IMG/VR virus record: IMGVR_UViG_3300018070_000166
Location: 1-51,031 of that record
Source: a virus
Lineage: Duplodnaviria; Caudoviricetes
DNA: 51,031 nucleotides
Direction: 5' to 3' (one strand)
Program-made: the position numbers and the translations under genes
The notes under the pieces: model-generated
Seen by the model: only the letters and a program-made list of their open reading frames with translations
Told to the model about the DNA's origin: nothing
Database searches by the model: none
Shown: piece by piece, positions 32,801 through 41,535 of the stretch
Layout of the letters: each line of letters starts with the position of its first letter
How positions within the stretch are numbered: position 1 is the stretch's first letter

Positions 32801-34101
32801 CATCTAACATCACTATAGATGATGGTGCGGATACCTTGAATGTTTCTTGTGACTGGAATTTAAATTATAAGTACGAACGAACCTTCTTTTTTAATGATAT
32901 TAGTAACAGGACGATTGATGGGTTAACTAGTAGCATAAATGCTGCTTTGGCTCCAGAGATAGCGACTTCACTTATAGAGGCTGTATTAGATCCAGATGGT
33001 CATGGCTTGTCGGGATCTATGAGTAAGAATCTTTTACCATCATACTTTGATAGACTAATAAGTACAACAGGTACTAATCTTACGATGTACGTAAGTGTAC
33101 ATAGGTATACCGCTATAAAAATTAAGATACGAAATGTATCTGGTAGTAATTATACTATTAATAAGGCCACCTATGTTATTCCTCAAACTCATGATAGAAT
33201 CACAATTAAGTGCGATATAGCATATCATAGCACGTATACATTATCTTCGTATAATCTTGCAGGTGTTAATTTGGGATTTCTGTCTGACTTTTTGAGATCT
33301 ATAAAACCTTATCCTGATAATATATTTACCCCGTTATTTGATAGTAATGTGCTTTCTAATAGCTATAGGAATTACACATCAGATAGACTTTTGGATATCT
33401 CAAGTTCGATAGCTATAGGGGGAACTAATCTGTCCGCAAGATTACATGATATAGTGGCTTTTAAAGTTCTAAATATGACTCCCAAAGGAACAATTAATGT
33501 CTCGGATAGCGGTATAGAGGTGATCACCTTCAAAACTTATACAAAAGCTTTGTCTGATAGTACTGATCTTTTCGCATTTATTGATGCTATCAAAGGAAAT
33601 TATTCCACAGGATTTTTATCTTGTGATGTTCTTCCATTAAAGATAACATCAGTGGATACAGGGAAACTAAATCCATCAGAATATAATCTTACATCGGGGA
33701 ATACCCCCGCACATGTTTATTTTGGTATTTTGGGAGATATTAAGTTTATACAGATATCTGACCATAATCTTCATATCCAATATAATTATATTAAGGAACG
33801 TCTCGGGATGCCTTGGAAGGATTCTCAAGGTAATATAACCTATGATTATTATACTCCTGAGAATTTTAATGAGAATAATCCCACTGCAATAGATTTAAGC
33901 AATTTTCTGGGATATTTACGTACAGGGCGTTATAATCAGATTAAGAATTCAGTTATTAATGAAGCTACGGTATCTAATAAGTATCTCTGGCTTTATATGA
34001 AATTTCACAAGGAGTTCGGATGCGATCAACGAGCGAACATGCTGAAGAATGCAATAGAGAAGGGAAACTTGGACATCGAGACTCTGGGGCAGATGTTATA
34101 G
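23893..34101 (+). CDS. Giant (3402 aa) modular virion protein, probably peripheral baseplate or fibre
   Basis: Uninterrupted ORF within the baseplate cluster. Repeated D[YF]xxxxxxGxxx[LF] modules and repeated [TS]IxELxxxIN-like modules. Confidence 0.75.
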   Translation: MGSEIFSLKSLYLDDTVVRGARVSTKNASSTRSIEVNPGDDPTVRTGETGINKEYLIQSSLVGNDLNGYGTFIQNSDVIRGYTGAQNLSHSDKIKLDSERTSYTVTGINGTDVYLIEKYTKENNSDPDVLSGICSIEKVSLDSLKYERSDTNIIYDKDNSQWGVTGVLILDPTIAPSDSFEFDTGITLKFQSGTSSKKPDIATVLSTSKTLVSNNTSPIFDVSLSPIPYPHSSLQVFLGKNGEELKKAVEAKDYFVNYTNSSEILSPIPPYEERKVAYIKFLDSMVDGVQVKSIDATFNGNMTIDKETIEGDTVVVRPVQDILSTDDFSIKVAGSEKIKNTDYVSNDGAGMLTFVEHSNHEALIDTLTYPKKLIWDGISVIIGIKEEDVNDFSNLVIPGVSGLKGIDYTVYYEDTDSNNLLRDIDFIIDPESGAFALSAPTNSDGTVLVSYFVEGDDIKDEKVELNTLRLNSYPLVVSSLVLTKKYNKIGNSGGQVTLTRVLVEGIDFNVSYITGYIELLPSDEITVELRTSYTPMAQINCIARSIDKSMNYTYTIIDDVFTFSQDDIGSKRLIFKVNNPAVSIPKKILFDSDKTTSNYNFLGSITPENILRIGIKGTDKTFIVNGSKYDDIKKIITLDSSVNALAPLNRDIVVGSYTYESDILPYAPVLLISTVINAGDDSFLIEGYDKTDSLKAGTILQVENRDPQSINYYMLRNVSYKNQVTKVDIYGTFPETAIDPVFSIFDDQITWQAMSEDVTVDTTVPVDSGFIILDGGPLFLNTNIKKEGLLLVNNQEIYTITLITTQGSRTTIGIYPNLRSSLTSDIRFSILPVYIAGITTIPARKLILNDVEQPAFTIWYDSPKGYEGSAKVLFVRDTIVIDEYVSGVKNPESYRFLIKDYSDIYTLAKAIQAIKSTFRINVPYMAVPEYNPFTIVHADKEDYYLGRGIWGPSTLIPFENEEYTNLPYTFNITPDLFKYTLLELFSGKNEFTIKDVDLSTYFISGTIVSFVNKISGRIFFSKILGVEYLSKKGTLVTLSSTIPENMVAPYKYACTSPEWININNTMIGVDHGTSQITFQGKLIDNVREGTILSIGNNHIYQVQKVTQNVDNFEISLNSYIDPEVKVQTYFDYIKISSVPIVLTTPGPQPMVQYTYITPYKHTGYAAVKISIDKINFKEVIDNLNIKETSLKYSDYDNFGLLFEGIKNIESYVPGNRPFNVLLNNSYNDVLSDAFDKYALKSTMDQYTNLPSYIPIAVGAFDIRYTVPSGYAGTFSVKVTSEYLSIKEHTFDLYGNELEKETSIQYINTKDMKDLVTSIIPKITSVISSTLFPFTTILKNQDTFGLGGWGYTHLTTLIGGYLSGNQTIYATVDVRSFIAIGNLNERKLEVTKEYTINNGVVELVTPVAPLDRYTLSYMGLDNLYENEGDSITCSCRFITALPIGYRLDVYLEYQNIDQFYIQKLTERKFSEIVTVPQIEQIVEQKAFVGGQGNDSGTTNNSTPNYEGGVADINYLLQDEYIKKQLYLRFFKWYKQRLRGLSAEMQLGLGFKFGHSNAVGEVDGYYSLEDQYVETEDYTLTKDGDIAQINNGFSKYFPIGYSDQAPDYYHRFGKEYLSFNEVYCCNVTYKDDKNKVVTVGIIKSDRPYWNRTPDLIFMVWKDEYIVKNKNLVDGYIVDVPVEDRSFDPSNYTFLRVIDVGDKVKVEGFKNSYTISSIETPVGKTYEYILISKPFTDKGIKTYNIIDKNVQISENPNEYKLLSLDTFVEALSPDGYRLLITRQDKEDFPMSDDYGSLGATAYGDAVERLPNNTRRIKKPFGAALLKLFFPFIKESTKNFKVMVKRDSEAISWETLGTVDLSKLTFKEERNIDDVLDALRYDFTDKYTIPMPPPAPPIIIYDIKEDANKGFFRYFYLSLENIYDAESKDGYYQSIVIRAKDRNWSFKFIDGGEENIIGDYGYNEEKVYENFYDPENIYKRLLLEKQAWQTEELIVRDLYDYNDKIARAFDNGDLNRKNSKYQYYLAMPDGGTVQGVSDILRTRIPTYEKQLRFLIDTAGPVFRTLYPDLVHAEDSASPEIATTYKQTLFAWNLYNASYGKMNFYNNLNENNNYTWKNSYIRWVMSIERGILYQGLLKQMSDNNSGVITVGLVEVPTIDILLVSQLVYTVVNPMLTVSSTYDGKYIRISFDISRKDAPGQITPGIVWIIYLYDKIDIGGIPTVSYKDISKVCSEISEYKYEGVKLFAASNIFTHTENDVVSKTVLVDNMVIDPIKGSQLVSTNVADHRASDPRVLFLNKNIEDRVYTHEIRELPGVNVSYLGNYYLLKYGIPGLSIILNYQYDRSNFRYGIFYDNTGEKVLTLAYDTNGETVYNTFQLYVTGSTSNVYKTISELSYELNNSYFITSTVPTANSSRTCDSFIITTDYVSAIELLAVPYISTNSVYSSVDKETDQFYYRVYTDSAKIRKLDIVFYNIILDGKKIYKDTTISDTFTFSFQKIDGSFKTLSEICQELNNFTYIGEKLLSASSVYEADPKSGLTSAYVIADNILTPVGYDWVTTLYVDTYVEAISGKDSNSRTVSSIKNAVFSFPMYTANGNPNKAAIEDIPVSGKWEVVNSSDILEVSCIDGFEWSLSFSDFNSGDYKSYMTPQDILDLINSNKSLTEDQYNQIKTVEDRPAVGVLKELVLTKINGSEKNIARFNLRKYGTINELVEAIVLTRFNAAGEIDINGIRAFFTATLIGDPAVEGKYRSSELKTEYTPIIKSFNVTMNDGSIVYKYNQLIGWQLMSTTLKGNLKQRLKMMEERYSYGETHKFVLGNPETAYNDTLNNNPQGFRRDILAFDIYSWDYNAQYEIKDNWLYFKSDSVDFIRASDLGQPDKALGYGIPLSGSGHTMAPDRESIADLVNRINSNNFINKWFYANLKFTRDDKNNPGYFEYNYLPNLYAQIPRSIIDNIMLKDDNVLQIKPASGYNFTASNITIDDGADTLNVSCDWNLNYKYERTFFFNDISNRTIDGLTSSINAALAPEIATSLIEAVLDPDGHGLSGSMSKNLLPSYFDRLISTTGTNLTMYVSVHRYTAIKIKIRNVSGSNYTINKATYVIPQTHDRITIKCDIAYHSTYTLSSYNLAGVNLGFLSDFLRSIKPYPDNIFTPLFDSNVLSNSYRNYTSDRLLDISSSIAIGGTNLSARLHDIVAFKVLNMTPKGTINVSDSGIEVITFKTYTKALSDSTDLFAFIDAIKGNYSTGFLSCDVLPLKITSVDTGKLNPSEYNLTSGNTPAHVYFGILGDIKFIQISDHNLHIQYNYIKERLGMPWKDSQGNITYDYYTPENFNENNPTAIDLSNFLGYLRTGRYNQIKNSVINEATVSNKYLWLYMKFHKEFGCDQRANMLKNAIEKGNLDIETLGQML

Positions 34102-34118
34102 AAGAGCCAAGATGGGTA

Positions 34119-34226
34119 ATGGTAGAAGCCGGTGAGTCCGGCGGTATTTCTGGTATGTTTGCTCCTGCCTTAAATAGGCTCTGTAAAGCTATTGAAAGGG
34201 ATCTTAAAAATGTCGGTAAGAATTAA
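34119..34226 (+). CDS. Small ORF (35 aa) or -1 frameshift extension of the giant protein
   Basis: Fills the 34102-34209 gap and overlaps the next start. It is the 3' part of track ORF 34020..34226. RBS is weak. Confidence 0.35.
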   Translation: MVEAGESGGISGMFAPALNRLCKAIERDLKNVGKN

Positions 34227-35955
34227 ATATGATGTAGTTCCTGATTTTGTAAAGCCAAAGTTGGAGGATTTTGATGTTCCTACAATTACTTTACAGGAAT
34301 ATACTCTTAAACCATCTCAATTAGTAACTACTACGATAAATCCTACAGTTACTAAAAAGAAAGATATATCGGTGGATACCTCAGGGGATAATTGGTATAG
34401 TTGGACGATATCCCTTTCTTTAAACGGTGTAGATACTACAGTAAGGGATGCCGAGAAATTTTTTAAAACTTTAGATAAGATAACCGAAACAATTACCCTA
34501 TTACTGAAAATTATTAGGCTACTGAGTAGTAACGTTATTTCCACATCGGGTCTTATAAAATTTGCAATTAAGCAGCTGGCTAAAGCGCTAAAGGATTTCA
34601 TTAACTCCCTTGTTTCCACAGGGATATATTCAAGTCTTATTATTCCTGATTTTGATAAGACTTTCCCTAAATATAGTATACCGACATTTGGGGGGTATCA
34701 AGAATTTATTACTCGGGTAAATGCTACTTGTTTAAGTAGTACAGATTCTGATGCACCAAAATTTGAAGAAGCTGACAAAGTTGGTGGGGTTATAATTGCA
34801 ATGCTTGGTGGTGTAGATGACCCGGATTATTTGAGAAATCTCATGGACAACTTTAAGAAGTTATCTAATCTTTTTGGGTTTAAGATTCCATATCCCTCAC
34901 CTGCTCAAAAGTTTAAAGCTACTCCGGGTTTTTATAACAAAAAGGGGATAATGACTCTTGGAGTTAAATTGAAATGGGAATCCCCAGAAATACCCGTTGG
35001 TTCTTTTTATGTCTATCGTAAGAACAAGCTGGGATCGATACCTGTTACATTTAATATAGATGGAGTTGACGTGTCTGGCAACATATTTACTAGTGATGAC
35101 CCTATCATAAAACAAAAATATACCCCACTAAGACCCTCATATAGTTATATAGATTTTGATATTGAACAAAATACTACTTATCTGTATAAAATTTATTCTG
35201 TTTTTGGGGATGACTACCTTGAAGAACATCCATATTTAAAATCTATAAGTAGCCCAATAGCTACACCTCAGGTTGTTGCAAATGTCCCGATGGAATGTAT
35301 ACCAATATCAGAACTAAAAAAGTATATGAATCTATCAATAAGCGGTGAGCTTCTGTCACCTTTGGATCTTGAAGGGGATTGGCAATCACTGACTGTGAGG
35401 AGAATGCTCGGTAAACAGGTAGATGGGATGTTTAATAACCTTGATGCCCTTACAGATAAGCTCGTAGGTTTAGTTGGAACAGGGAGCGATGCTATAAATG
35501 ACTATCTTAAGTTTTACGGCGAAAAAGTCGAGGATTTATTGGAAGTTACTGAGAAAATAAAAAATCTTGTAGCTCGATTGTCTTCTTTTAGCATGCGGGG
35601 GACATTCATGGTTTTAAATCTTCCTCTTGAAAATGGTGGTATGAGAGGTTTTGTAGATCGATTTAATAAAGCTTGTAATTCGAGTACCTCTGCTAAAGAG
35701 ACCTCTATTAGTGATAAATCTTTAAAGGATTATTTAAAGGATGCAGCGAAGGTTGAAAAAAATGCTCCGATAGCTACCTTTAATGAAAAGGGGATAATGC
35801 TGGGATTAATTTTATTGTATGGCGTTCCAGATTTGAGTAATCCTGACAGAGTAAAAGATATCGTTCCAGAAAATCAGGTAGAAGGATTAAAGAAAAAGTA
35901 TGAGAGTACTAGTAAAGCTATTTCCATTTTCTTAAAAATGCTTGGCTTGGGGTAA
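34210..35955 (+). CDS. Baseplate-region protein with a central fibronectin-III-like domain
   Basis: ATG 34210 preferred over TTG 34192. VKLKWESP...YVYRK...SYIDFDIEQNTTYLYKIYSV is FN3-like, flanked by amphipathic helices. Confidence 0.65.
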   Translation: MSVRIKYDVVPDFVKPKLEDFDVPTITLQEYTLKPSQLVTTTINPTVTKKKDISVDTSGDNWYSWTISLSLNGVDTTVRDAEKFFKTLDKITETITLLLKIIRLLSSNVISTSGLIKFAIKQLAKALKDFINSLVSTGIYSSLIIPDFDKTFPKYSIPTFGGYQEFITRVNATCLSSTDSDAPKFEEADKVGGVIIAMLGGVDDPDYLRNLMDNFKKLSNLFGFKIPYPSPAQKFKATPGFYNKKGIMTLGVKLKWESPEIPVGSFYVYRKNKLGSIPVTFNIDGVDVSGNIFTSDDPIIKQKYTPLRPSYSYIDFDIEQNTTYLYKIYSVFGDDYLEEHPYLKSISSPIATPQVVANVPMECIPISELKKYMNLSISGELLSPLDLEGDWQSLTVRRMLGKQVDGMFNNLDALTDKLVGLVGTGSDAINDYLKFYGEKVEDLLEVTEKIKNLVARLSSFSMRGTFMVLNLPLENGGMRGFVDRFNKACNSSTSAKETSISDKSLKDYLKDAAKVEKNAPIATFNEKGIMLGLILLYGVPDLSNPDRVKDIVPENQVEGLKKKYESTSKAISIFLKMLGLG

Positions 35956-35958
35956 AAT

Positions 35959-37395
35959 ATGAGAAGAAGAAAAGATACGTATGTAAAAGCTAATAGTATT
36001 GCGGATATTCAAGAACTGATGACAATTGCTAAAAATCAGAAAGAATATCATGAGGATAGAATTAGAATATTAAAAAGAAGGATAGAGGATATTAATAGAC
36101 ATATATTAGTAGTAAGGGAAGATTTTCTATCTTTCTTATCAAGTAATGGTATTGATCCTAATTATCCTGTTATGAGTGATGTAACTGCGGATGATGTAGT
36201 CCCGTGTACTGTTTCAGAGCCAGTAATGAGTGCTATAGCTATTGAAGAAGCTATGCTTCCCAATATACCCAACATATCTTTTTTGAGAACTATTAACTTA
36301 CTTAAAAAGAAGTACGGATCATTACAGGATGAAATTGAAGAATACTGTGATACACTAAGTAAGATGAGACTTAAAAAGTCTCATCTGGAAGCTACCTTAG
36401 AATCCGTTCAGAAATCTATCGAGGAATATCAGGATAAGATAAAGGAGAATCAACAAGAGTACAATGATTCAGTCAAAAACCTTGATAAAATAAAATCTTT
36501 GTATCAGAATATTCTTGAGTTCAAATCTATCTTTACATCTATCCCAGATAACTTTACTACGGATTCTTATATAAAATTCCAGAATAATTATTTTGATAGA
36601 TATAGCACAATTTACTATGGTAAAAAGAATTCTGTTAAGAAATATGCGGATATATTGCAAGACACATATCAACTAACTCCTTTAGATCAGATGGAGGAAG
36701 GTTTTTATATGACAGTCTTTAGAGACATCTCTATATATTTTGGTCAATATGATGGGGATAATCTTCCAGATAAGTATGTAGACGCTATACCACATAAAAA
36801 AGAGATACTTTTAAAATTAGAAGATTTTTCCGTTAGTCTGGATAAGCTGATACTCAATGTTAAATTGACACTTGATCTTGTTAGAGGGGTAAAAGGAATA
36901 GGTAACTCAGTTGTGGATGGTCTTGTAAATTCTGTAAATGAGCTTTCAAAATCTTTTGTAGCTGAAAATAAAGTAGAACATACAACTCTTGAGAGTATCT
37001 CTAATAACAACTATACTACTAACTTAGCTGTCAATCAAAATATCAGTAGAATAAAAGATAAACTTCAGCTGGGTATCGAAAGTTTTGATGGAAAGTTTAT
37101 GAGAGTAAGTGGTAAATATCTAAGAAAAATTGCTCTCTCTGTAGGATTCCCAAAAACATTTTTATATGATAGGGACACAAATCTTGAAGATTGCGTTCGT
37201 GAGAGAGTCCGTCGAAAGTATGGTGGTGATATACCTTTTTGTGATGAGGTAGCTACAAAAAATATCAATGGAAATAGAGTTTTTGTAAAAAAATCTGAGA
37301 TGGATTCCAAGACTGGAAAATCTACTGTGGAAATGCAGACAGATATACTTGAAAGAAAAACTCGGACTAATCGAGATGTTATGGCTAGCCATTAA
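35959..37395 (+). CDS. Coiled-coil protein, unknown function
   Basis: 478-aa ORF starting 3 nt after the previous stop, with heptad-rich segments. Confidence 0.7.
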   Translation: MRRRKDTYVKANSIADIQELMTIAKNQKEYHEDRIRILKRRIEDINRHILVVREDFLSFLSSNGIDPNYPVMSDVTADDVVPCTVSEPVMSAIAIEEAMLPNIPNISFLRTINLLKKKYGSLQDEIEEYCDTLSKMRLKKSHLEATLESVQKSIEEYQDKIKENQQEYNDSVKNLDKIKSLYQNILEFKSIFTSIPDNFTTDSYIKFQNNYFDRYSTIYYGKKNSVKKYADILQDTYQLTPLDQMEEGFYMTVFRDISIYFGQYDGDNLPDKYVDAIPHKKEILLKLEDFSVSLDKLILNVKLTLDLVRGVKGIGNSVVDGLVNSVNELSKSFVAENKVEHTTLESISNNNYTTNLAVNQNISRIKDKLQLGIESFDGKFMRVSGKYLRKIALSVGFPKTFLYDRDTNLEDCVRERVRRKYGGDIPFCDEVATKNINGNRVFVKKSEMDSKTGKSTVEMQTDILERKTRTNRDVMASH

Positions 37396-37424
37396 TAATC
37401 TCTTATTATCTTTGACTAATTAAT

Positions 37425-38171
37425 ATGTCATACGATATTAAACTTCAAAATTATTGTGATCATAAAATTTTGTGGGCACGGGCGCAGCTTGAGATGGACA
37501 GAAAAACGGTATACTTACCGTATCCTATGGCATCAGCTGCTTCTTTAAAGGTTCGCATAAATGGAGTTATATACCCGTATACGACTTATTCAATTAAGAG
37601 CATTCGGCAGACGTTAAGCCTTGTAGTCATAACAAATATTGAGTTTTTTAATAAAATTAAAAATTATGACCCTATCATAGAATTTTATTATACGACTTTA
37701 TCAGATACCTGTCCAAAATGTCTTAACGTTAAAACTGTTGATGACTTGCTGATTAATGGGCGAGGTGATGTTGAAATGGTATCCAAAGAGATACTTCTTC
37801 TTCAACAGATAGAAAAGATCATAACTACAAAGCTCTCTTCTAATGCCTTTCATTCATGGTATGGTACTGAGCTTCATTCTCTGATTGGTACAAAAATATC
37901 TGATAGACAACTTTTATACACCCGAGTTCGTGAACAGGTAGGTTCCGCTATAGAGAAGTTCAGAACTATTCAGAAGCAAATGCAAGCTTCTGGAAGAAAA
38001 TTTGATCCTGGAGAACTTTTTGGTAATCTTATAAAAATTGATATAGTTGATACGGAAGATCCTTCTATGATATTAGTTACAGTAACTTTTACGTCACAGA
38101 GTAACAATCCAATAGAATACTCACAGTATCTGAGTATGAATGCCCTTACAAGACAACGATTGGTTTATTAA
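37425..38171 (+). CDS. Baseplate wedge / sheath initiator (gp25/gpW-like)
   Basis: LLQQIEKIITT...FHSWYGTELHSLIG is gp25-like. Directly precedes baseplate J. CDH and CPKC could bind Zn. Confidence 0.7.
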   Translation: MSYDIKLQNYCDHKILWARAQLEMDRKTVYLPYPMASAASLKVRINGVIYPYTTYSIKSIRQTLSLVVITNIEFFNKIKNYDPIIEFYYTTLSDTCPKCLNVKTVDDLLINGRGDVEMVSKEILLLQQIEKIITTKLSSNAFHSWYGTELHSLIGTKISDRQLLYTRVREQVGSAIEKFRTIQKQMQASGRKFDPGELFGNLIKIDIVDTEDPSMILVTVTFTSQSNNPIEYSQYLSMNALTRQRLVY

Positions 38172-38174
38172 AGT

Positions 38175-41100
38175 ATGATTCCAGCACCTATAATTTTATA
38201 TCCTATAACGAACTGGTCTGCCACAGGGGATCAGGTTTATTATTCTGATGCTCTTCTGCAGTCTATCTCAGGATATGTTCCAGTTGTTCCCGGGGAAATT
38301 GAACAGGGTACCATAATCATAGTCAAATATCGGTATAAGATTGATCGTGGGGGGATTCCAGGAACTTGGTCTGTAGAGTCCACAGATAATGTAGGAATAG
38401 GAACATCAAATACAATTGTTACATCGATCCCATGGTCATTTTATTCTGAGGGTATCTTTGAACTCTTAGTTAATGATGTGCTTACTATGGATTTCAAAGC
38501 ATACAAAGTAAATAATGTTTTATCTCATATTGGGGAAGTTTTAGACTCCAGTGAATATTCAAAAATTATCGCAAATATAACTGCTGAGAATAATATTACG
38601 GCATCTGCTAACCCAGTTACTGGGCTTAAGATGAGAAGATACAAGGATTATATAAAAGTGATGGTACCTGCTTCCAGTATTGTTCTTAATCTTGATAATG
38701 ATTTTTCCGGTTGTAACTTTTATATGAGTATGGTTCCAGGTACAGATTATGTACTTATGAATGATGTCCCAGTCACTAACATAGATGAATCAGAAACTGA
38801 GGATATATTATTGGATGTTTCCTCCTATAAGGATACTGTCAATGATATTACAGTAATCACTACAAGGAGTCAACAGGTTTCTACTGAGTATTATACTTAT
38901 AGTTTAAATAAGTCTGTATTGGCTAAGTTAGTTCAACAGGGTAAGATATCAAATATCTTTTTGGCTGATGGTCAAACTATCAGCAGTGATATTATCTATT
39001 ACATGATAACCACGGTAAGGACTTTTGATAAGGCATTGAATCAATTAGTGGAGAGCCCCTACTCTCAGGAATTAGAGGGGCAATTTCTTACCTATACTAC
39101 AGATTATCAGAATTTACCTAAGAGATCCAGAAGTGACATTCTTTTTTCTATCTCAAGGGAAATGATGGTCAATAATGATTTGATCAATGTTGTTCCTGGA
39201 TCGGTAATACGAGATCTTTCTGATCCTATTGCTCTTGAGTTTGAGAAAATGTACGTTATTCAGGATTTTATTTTCTCATGTCTGTCCTTGGATACTTTGT
39301 TAGTTTTTGATGATGCTGATGGGGATGGTATAAGTGATCCTATTTCTACTAATATCCGTAAAAGATCTTTAGCATCAGCTCTTGGTCTTACAGATACAAG
39401 TAACCTCCAAATGCTGATAGATGAGCAATTTAATAAGTATGCTTCCAACTATGACCTTGAAAGAAAAGGATCTACTAATTCCATTGGGTCAGCTCTTTTT
39501 TATACAGAGATTCGTCCTATAAATGATATTATGATCATGGATAATACTATTATATCAACATCACCAGATTATGATAATAGTATTGGTTCAATAACTTTCG
39601 CAGTAGTAGGTACTAAGATATTGAGCGCAGCTAATCCAGATGCTTACTATAATCCCGCAATGAAGCGCTATGAGATCCAAACAGATATAGTAGCTCAGTC
39701 ACCAGGGAATAAGGGTAATGTACCGGCAGAATCCATTACTGTTGCATTAAACGTCTCCCCAAGCTTACGGGTTGTAAATGAAATCCCAACAAGGTACGGT
39801 AATGATAGGGAAACAAACCAGCAACTGACAGATAGAATAAAAGTCGCAAAGTTAGAATATGATTCTGGGACAGAGGGGGGCTACAATTCAACAGCTATGG
39901 ACACCTCTGGAGTGATACAGGCACGAGTGGAAATAGCCGGTGATCCTTTGATGATGAGGGACTATGATACCACAGATAATCGTCATATCGGGGGTAAGGT
40001 CGATGTATACACCAGAGGAACTAAGCTGATGCAGATGGTTGACCAGGTTGCTTTTAGCTATGAATACCCAACTGATACCTATGGAAATAAAGTTGGGGAA
40101 GTATTCTATGTTTCAGATGCAACTGATTTTAGATTAAGATGTAAAAATCAGAAAGTTAGCGTAGATAATCCAATAGTGGCAGTAAATAAAATCAGAAACC
40201 TTACTCGTGGAAAAGATTATTCTTTGTCCAATATTCAAATAATTGGGGAAGGTGATACAATTTTAATAGATAAAAATCAGCAGAACTTAACTATTGGTCT
40301 GGCTACCTTTGATGTAGTTGAAGTAGCCTATCTGTATAGAAGCTCAAATATGCTGGTTCTTTCTCAGCAGCCTGTGGAATCAATAGTTTCAGTGACTACT
40401 TCTGCTGGGGCAACTATTGATACATCGAAATATCGCTTGGTAAAGTATGAGGATCCAATATTAAATGGTAATTCAAGCATTGCTAAAGATGCTGTGAAAT
40501 TCTTCTTTAATGAATCTGATAATATTCAGGAATTTGTATCAGTATCAAATGAAGAGCATGATATGCTTTATGATACCCCAGCCAGGTTGGTTTTAAAAGG
40601 GGTAGATGCTGCTTCAATAGTTGTTACTCCTACAGGCGGAGGTACCGCTTATATAAAGGATGTTGATTATTCGGTTAATATAGGTAGTGATGTTTCCTAT
40701 TCTTATCTTGAGCTTCTATACCATAGCAAGATAAGACATGGAGATAGAATAGCTGTTTCATATAGGGCGAGTGAAAACTTCAATGTGACATTTATTACAA
40801 ATGATTTAGTAAAACAAGTCCAGGAAAAAATTGATGTGATGAAGCATGCTTGCGGGGATGTTATTACTAAGCAGGCTATAAGAAATTTTGCTGATATAAG
40901 TTTTGTAGTTATACGAAAAACTGGTACTGACATTAATCTTCTTAAATCAAGAATTGTTACAGCTATATCAAACTATGTCTCTCGACTTAAAATGGGGGAC
41001 ACATTAACTCAGAGCTCGATATCGGGTGTTGTACGTGGTGTTGATGGGGTGAAGGATCTTAGGATACCATTTACTAGAATGATGAAAAGAAATGGCTCCT

Positions 41101-41534
41101 TTATACCGCTGGACCCTACAGGTTATTCTACCTTTGAGACATTTAATAAAGCCAGTGCTTCTGGAGTAACCTCTTATAGAAGTCTCGATCGAGTTTTGTC
41201 CTATAAGACATCTGATAATGGTGGTGATTCAAATTATTTCAGAGGAGTTTATGAGAATAACATTCCTCTTACTCTTGTATCCTCTTCGATAGATGTATCA
41301 AAAGGAACGGGAAGGGCTTATATTCAATCAGATGGTAAAATCATAGTAAGTACTACAGACGGTGCACCTCCTCAGACTAAATATTATAAAGTATCCTATT
41401 TTACGTATTATCCAGCAGATGAAAATCCCGTCGGGGATTTAGATACTTCTGAGATAGAATATCTTGATATAGATAATATTAGCTTGAGAGATATAGAAAT
41501 TATTGATGAAAAAGTAAACAAACGGGGATTTTAA
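38175..41534 (+). CDS. Baseplate J-like wedge protein (gp6/gp47-like), extended
   Basis: PGSVIRDL, AQSPGNKGNVPAESI, GNDRETNQQLTDRI, GGKVDVY and YVSRLKMGDTLTQS...VDGV are baseplate-J motifs. Confidence 0.85.
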   Translation: MIPAPIILYPITNWSATGDQVYYSDALLQSISGYVPVVPGEIEQGTIIIVKYRYKIDRGGIPGTWSVESTDNVGIGTSNTIVTSIPWSFYSEGIFELLVNDVLTMDFKAYKVNNVLSHIGEVLDSSEYSKIIANITAENNITASANPVTGLKMRRYKDYIKVMVPASSIVLNLDNDFSGCNFYMSMVPGTDYVLMNDVPVTNIDESETEDILLDVSSYKDTVNDITVITTRSQQVSTEYYTYSLNKSVLAKLVQQGKISNIFLADGQTISSDIIYYMITTVRTFDKALNQLVESPYSQELEGQFLTYTTDYQNLPKRSRSDILFSISREMMVNNDLINVVPGSVIRDLSDPIALEFEKMYVIQDFIFSCLSLDTLLVFDDADGDGISDPISTNIRKRSLASALGLTDTSNLQMLIDEQFNKYASNYDLERKGSTNSIGSALFYTEIRPINDIMIMDNTIISTSPDYDNSIGSITFAVVGTKILSAANPDAYYNPAMKRYEIQTDIVAQSPGNKGNVPAESITVALNVSPSLRVVNEIPTRYGNDRETNQQLTDRIKVAKLEYDSGTEGGYNSTAMDTSGVIQARVEIAGDPLMMRDYDTTDNRHIGGKVDVYTRGTKLMQMVDQVAFSYEYPTDTYGNKVGEVFYVSDATDFRLRCKNQKVSVDNPIVAVNKIRNLTRGKDYSLSNIQIIGEGDTILIDKNQQNLTIGLATFDVVEVAYLYRSSNMLVLSQQPVESIVSVTTSAGATIDTSKYRLVKYEDPILNGNSSIAKDAVKFFFNESDNIQEFVSVSNEEHDMLYDTPARLVLKGVDAASIVVTPTGGGTAYIKDVDYSVNIGSDVSYSYLELLYHSKIRHGDRIAVSYRASENFNVTFITNDLVKQVQEKIDVMKHACGDVITKQAIRNFADISFVVIRKTGTDINLLKSRIVTAISNYVSRLKMGDTLTQSSISGVVRGVDGVKDLRIPFTRMMKRNGSFIPLDPTGYSTFETFNKASASGVTSYRSLDRVLSYKTSDNGGDSNYFRGVYENNIPLTLVSSSIDVSKGTGRAYIQSDGKIIVSTTDGAPPQTKYYKVSYFTYYPADENPVGDLDTSEIEYLDIDNISLRDIEIIDEKVNKRGF

Positions 41535-41535
41535 T

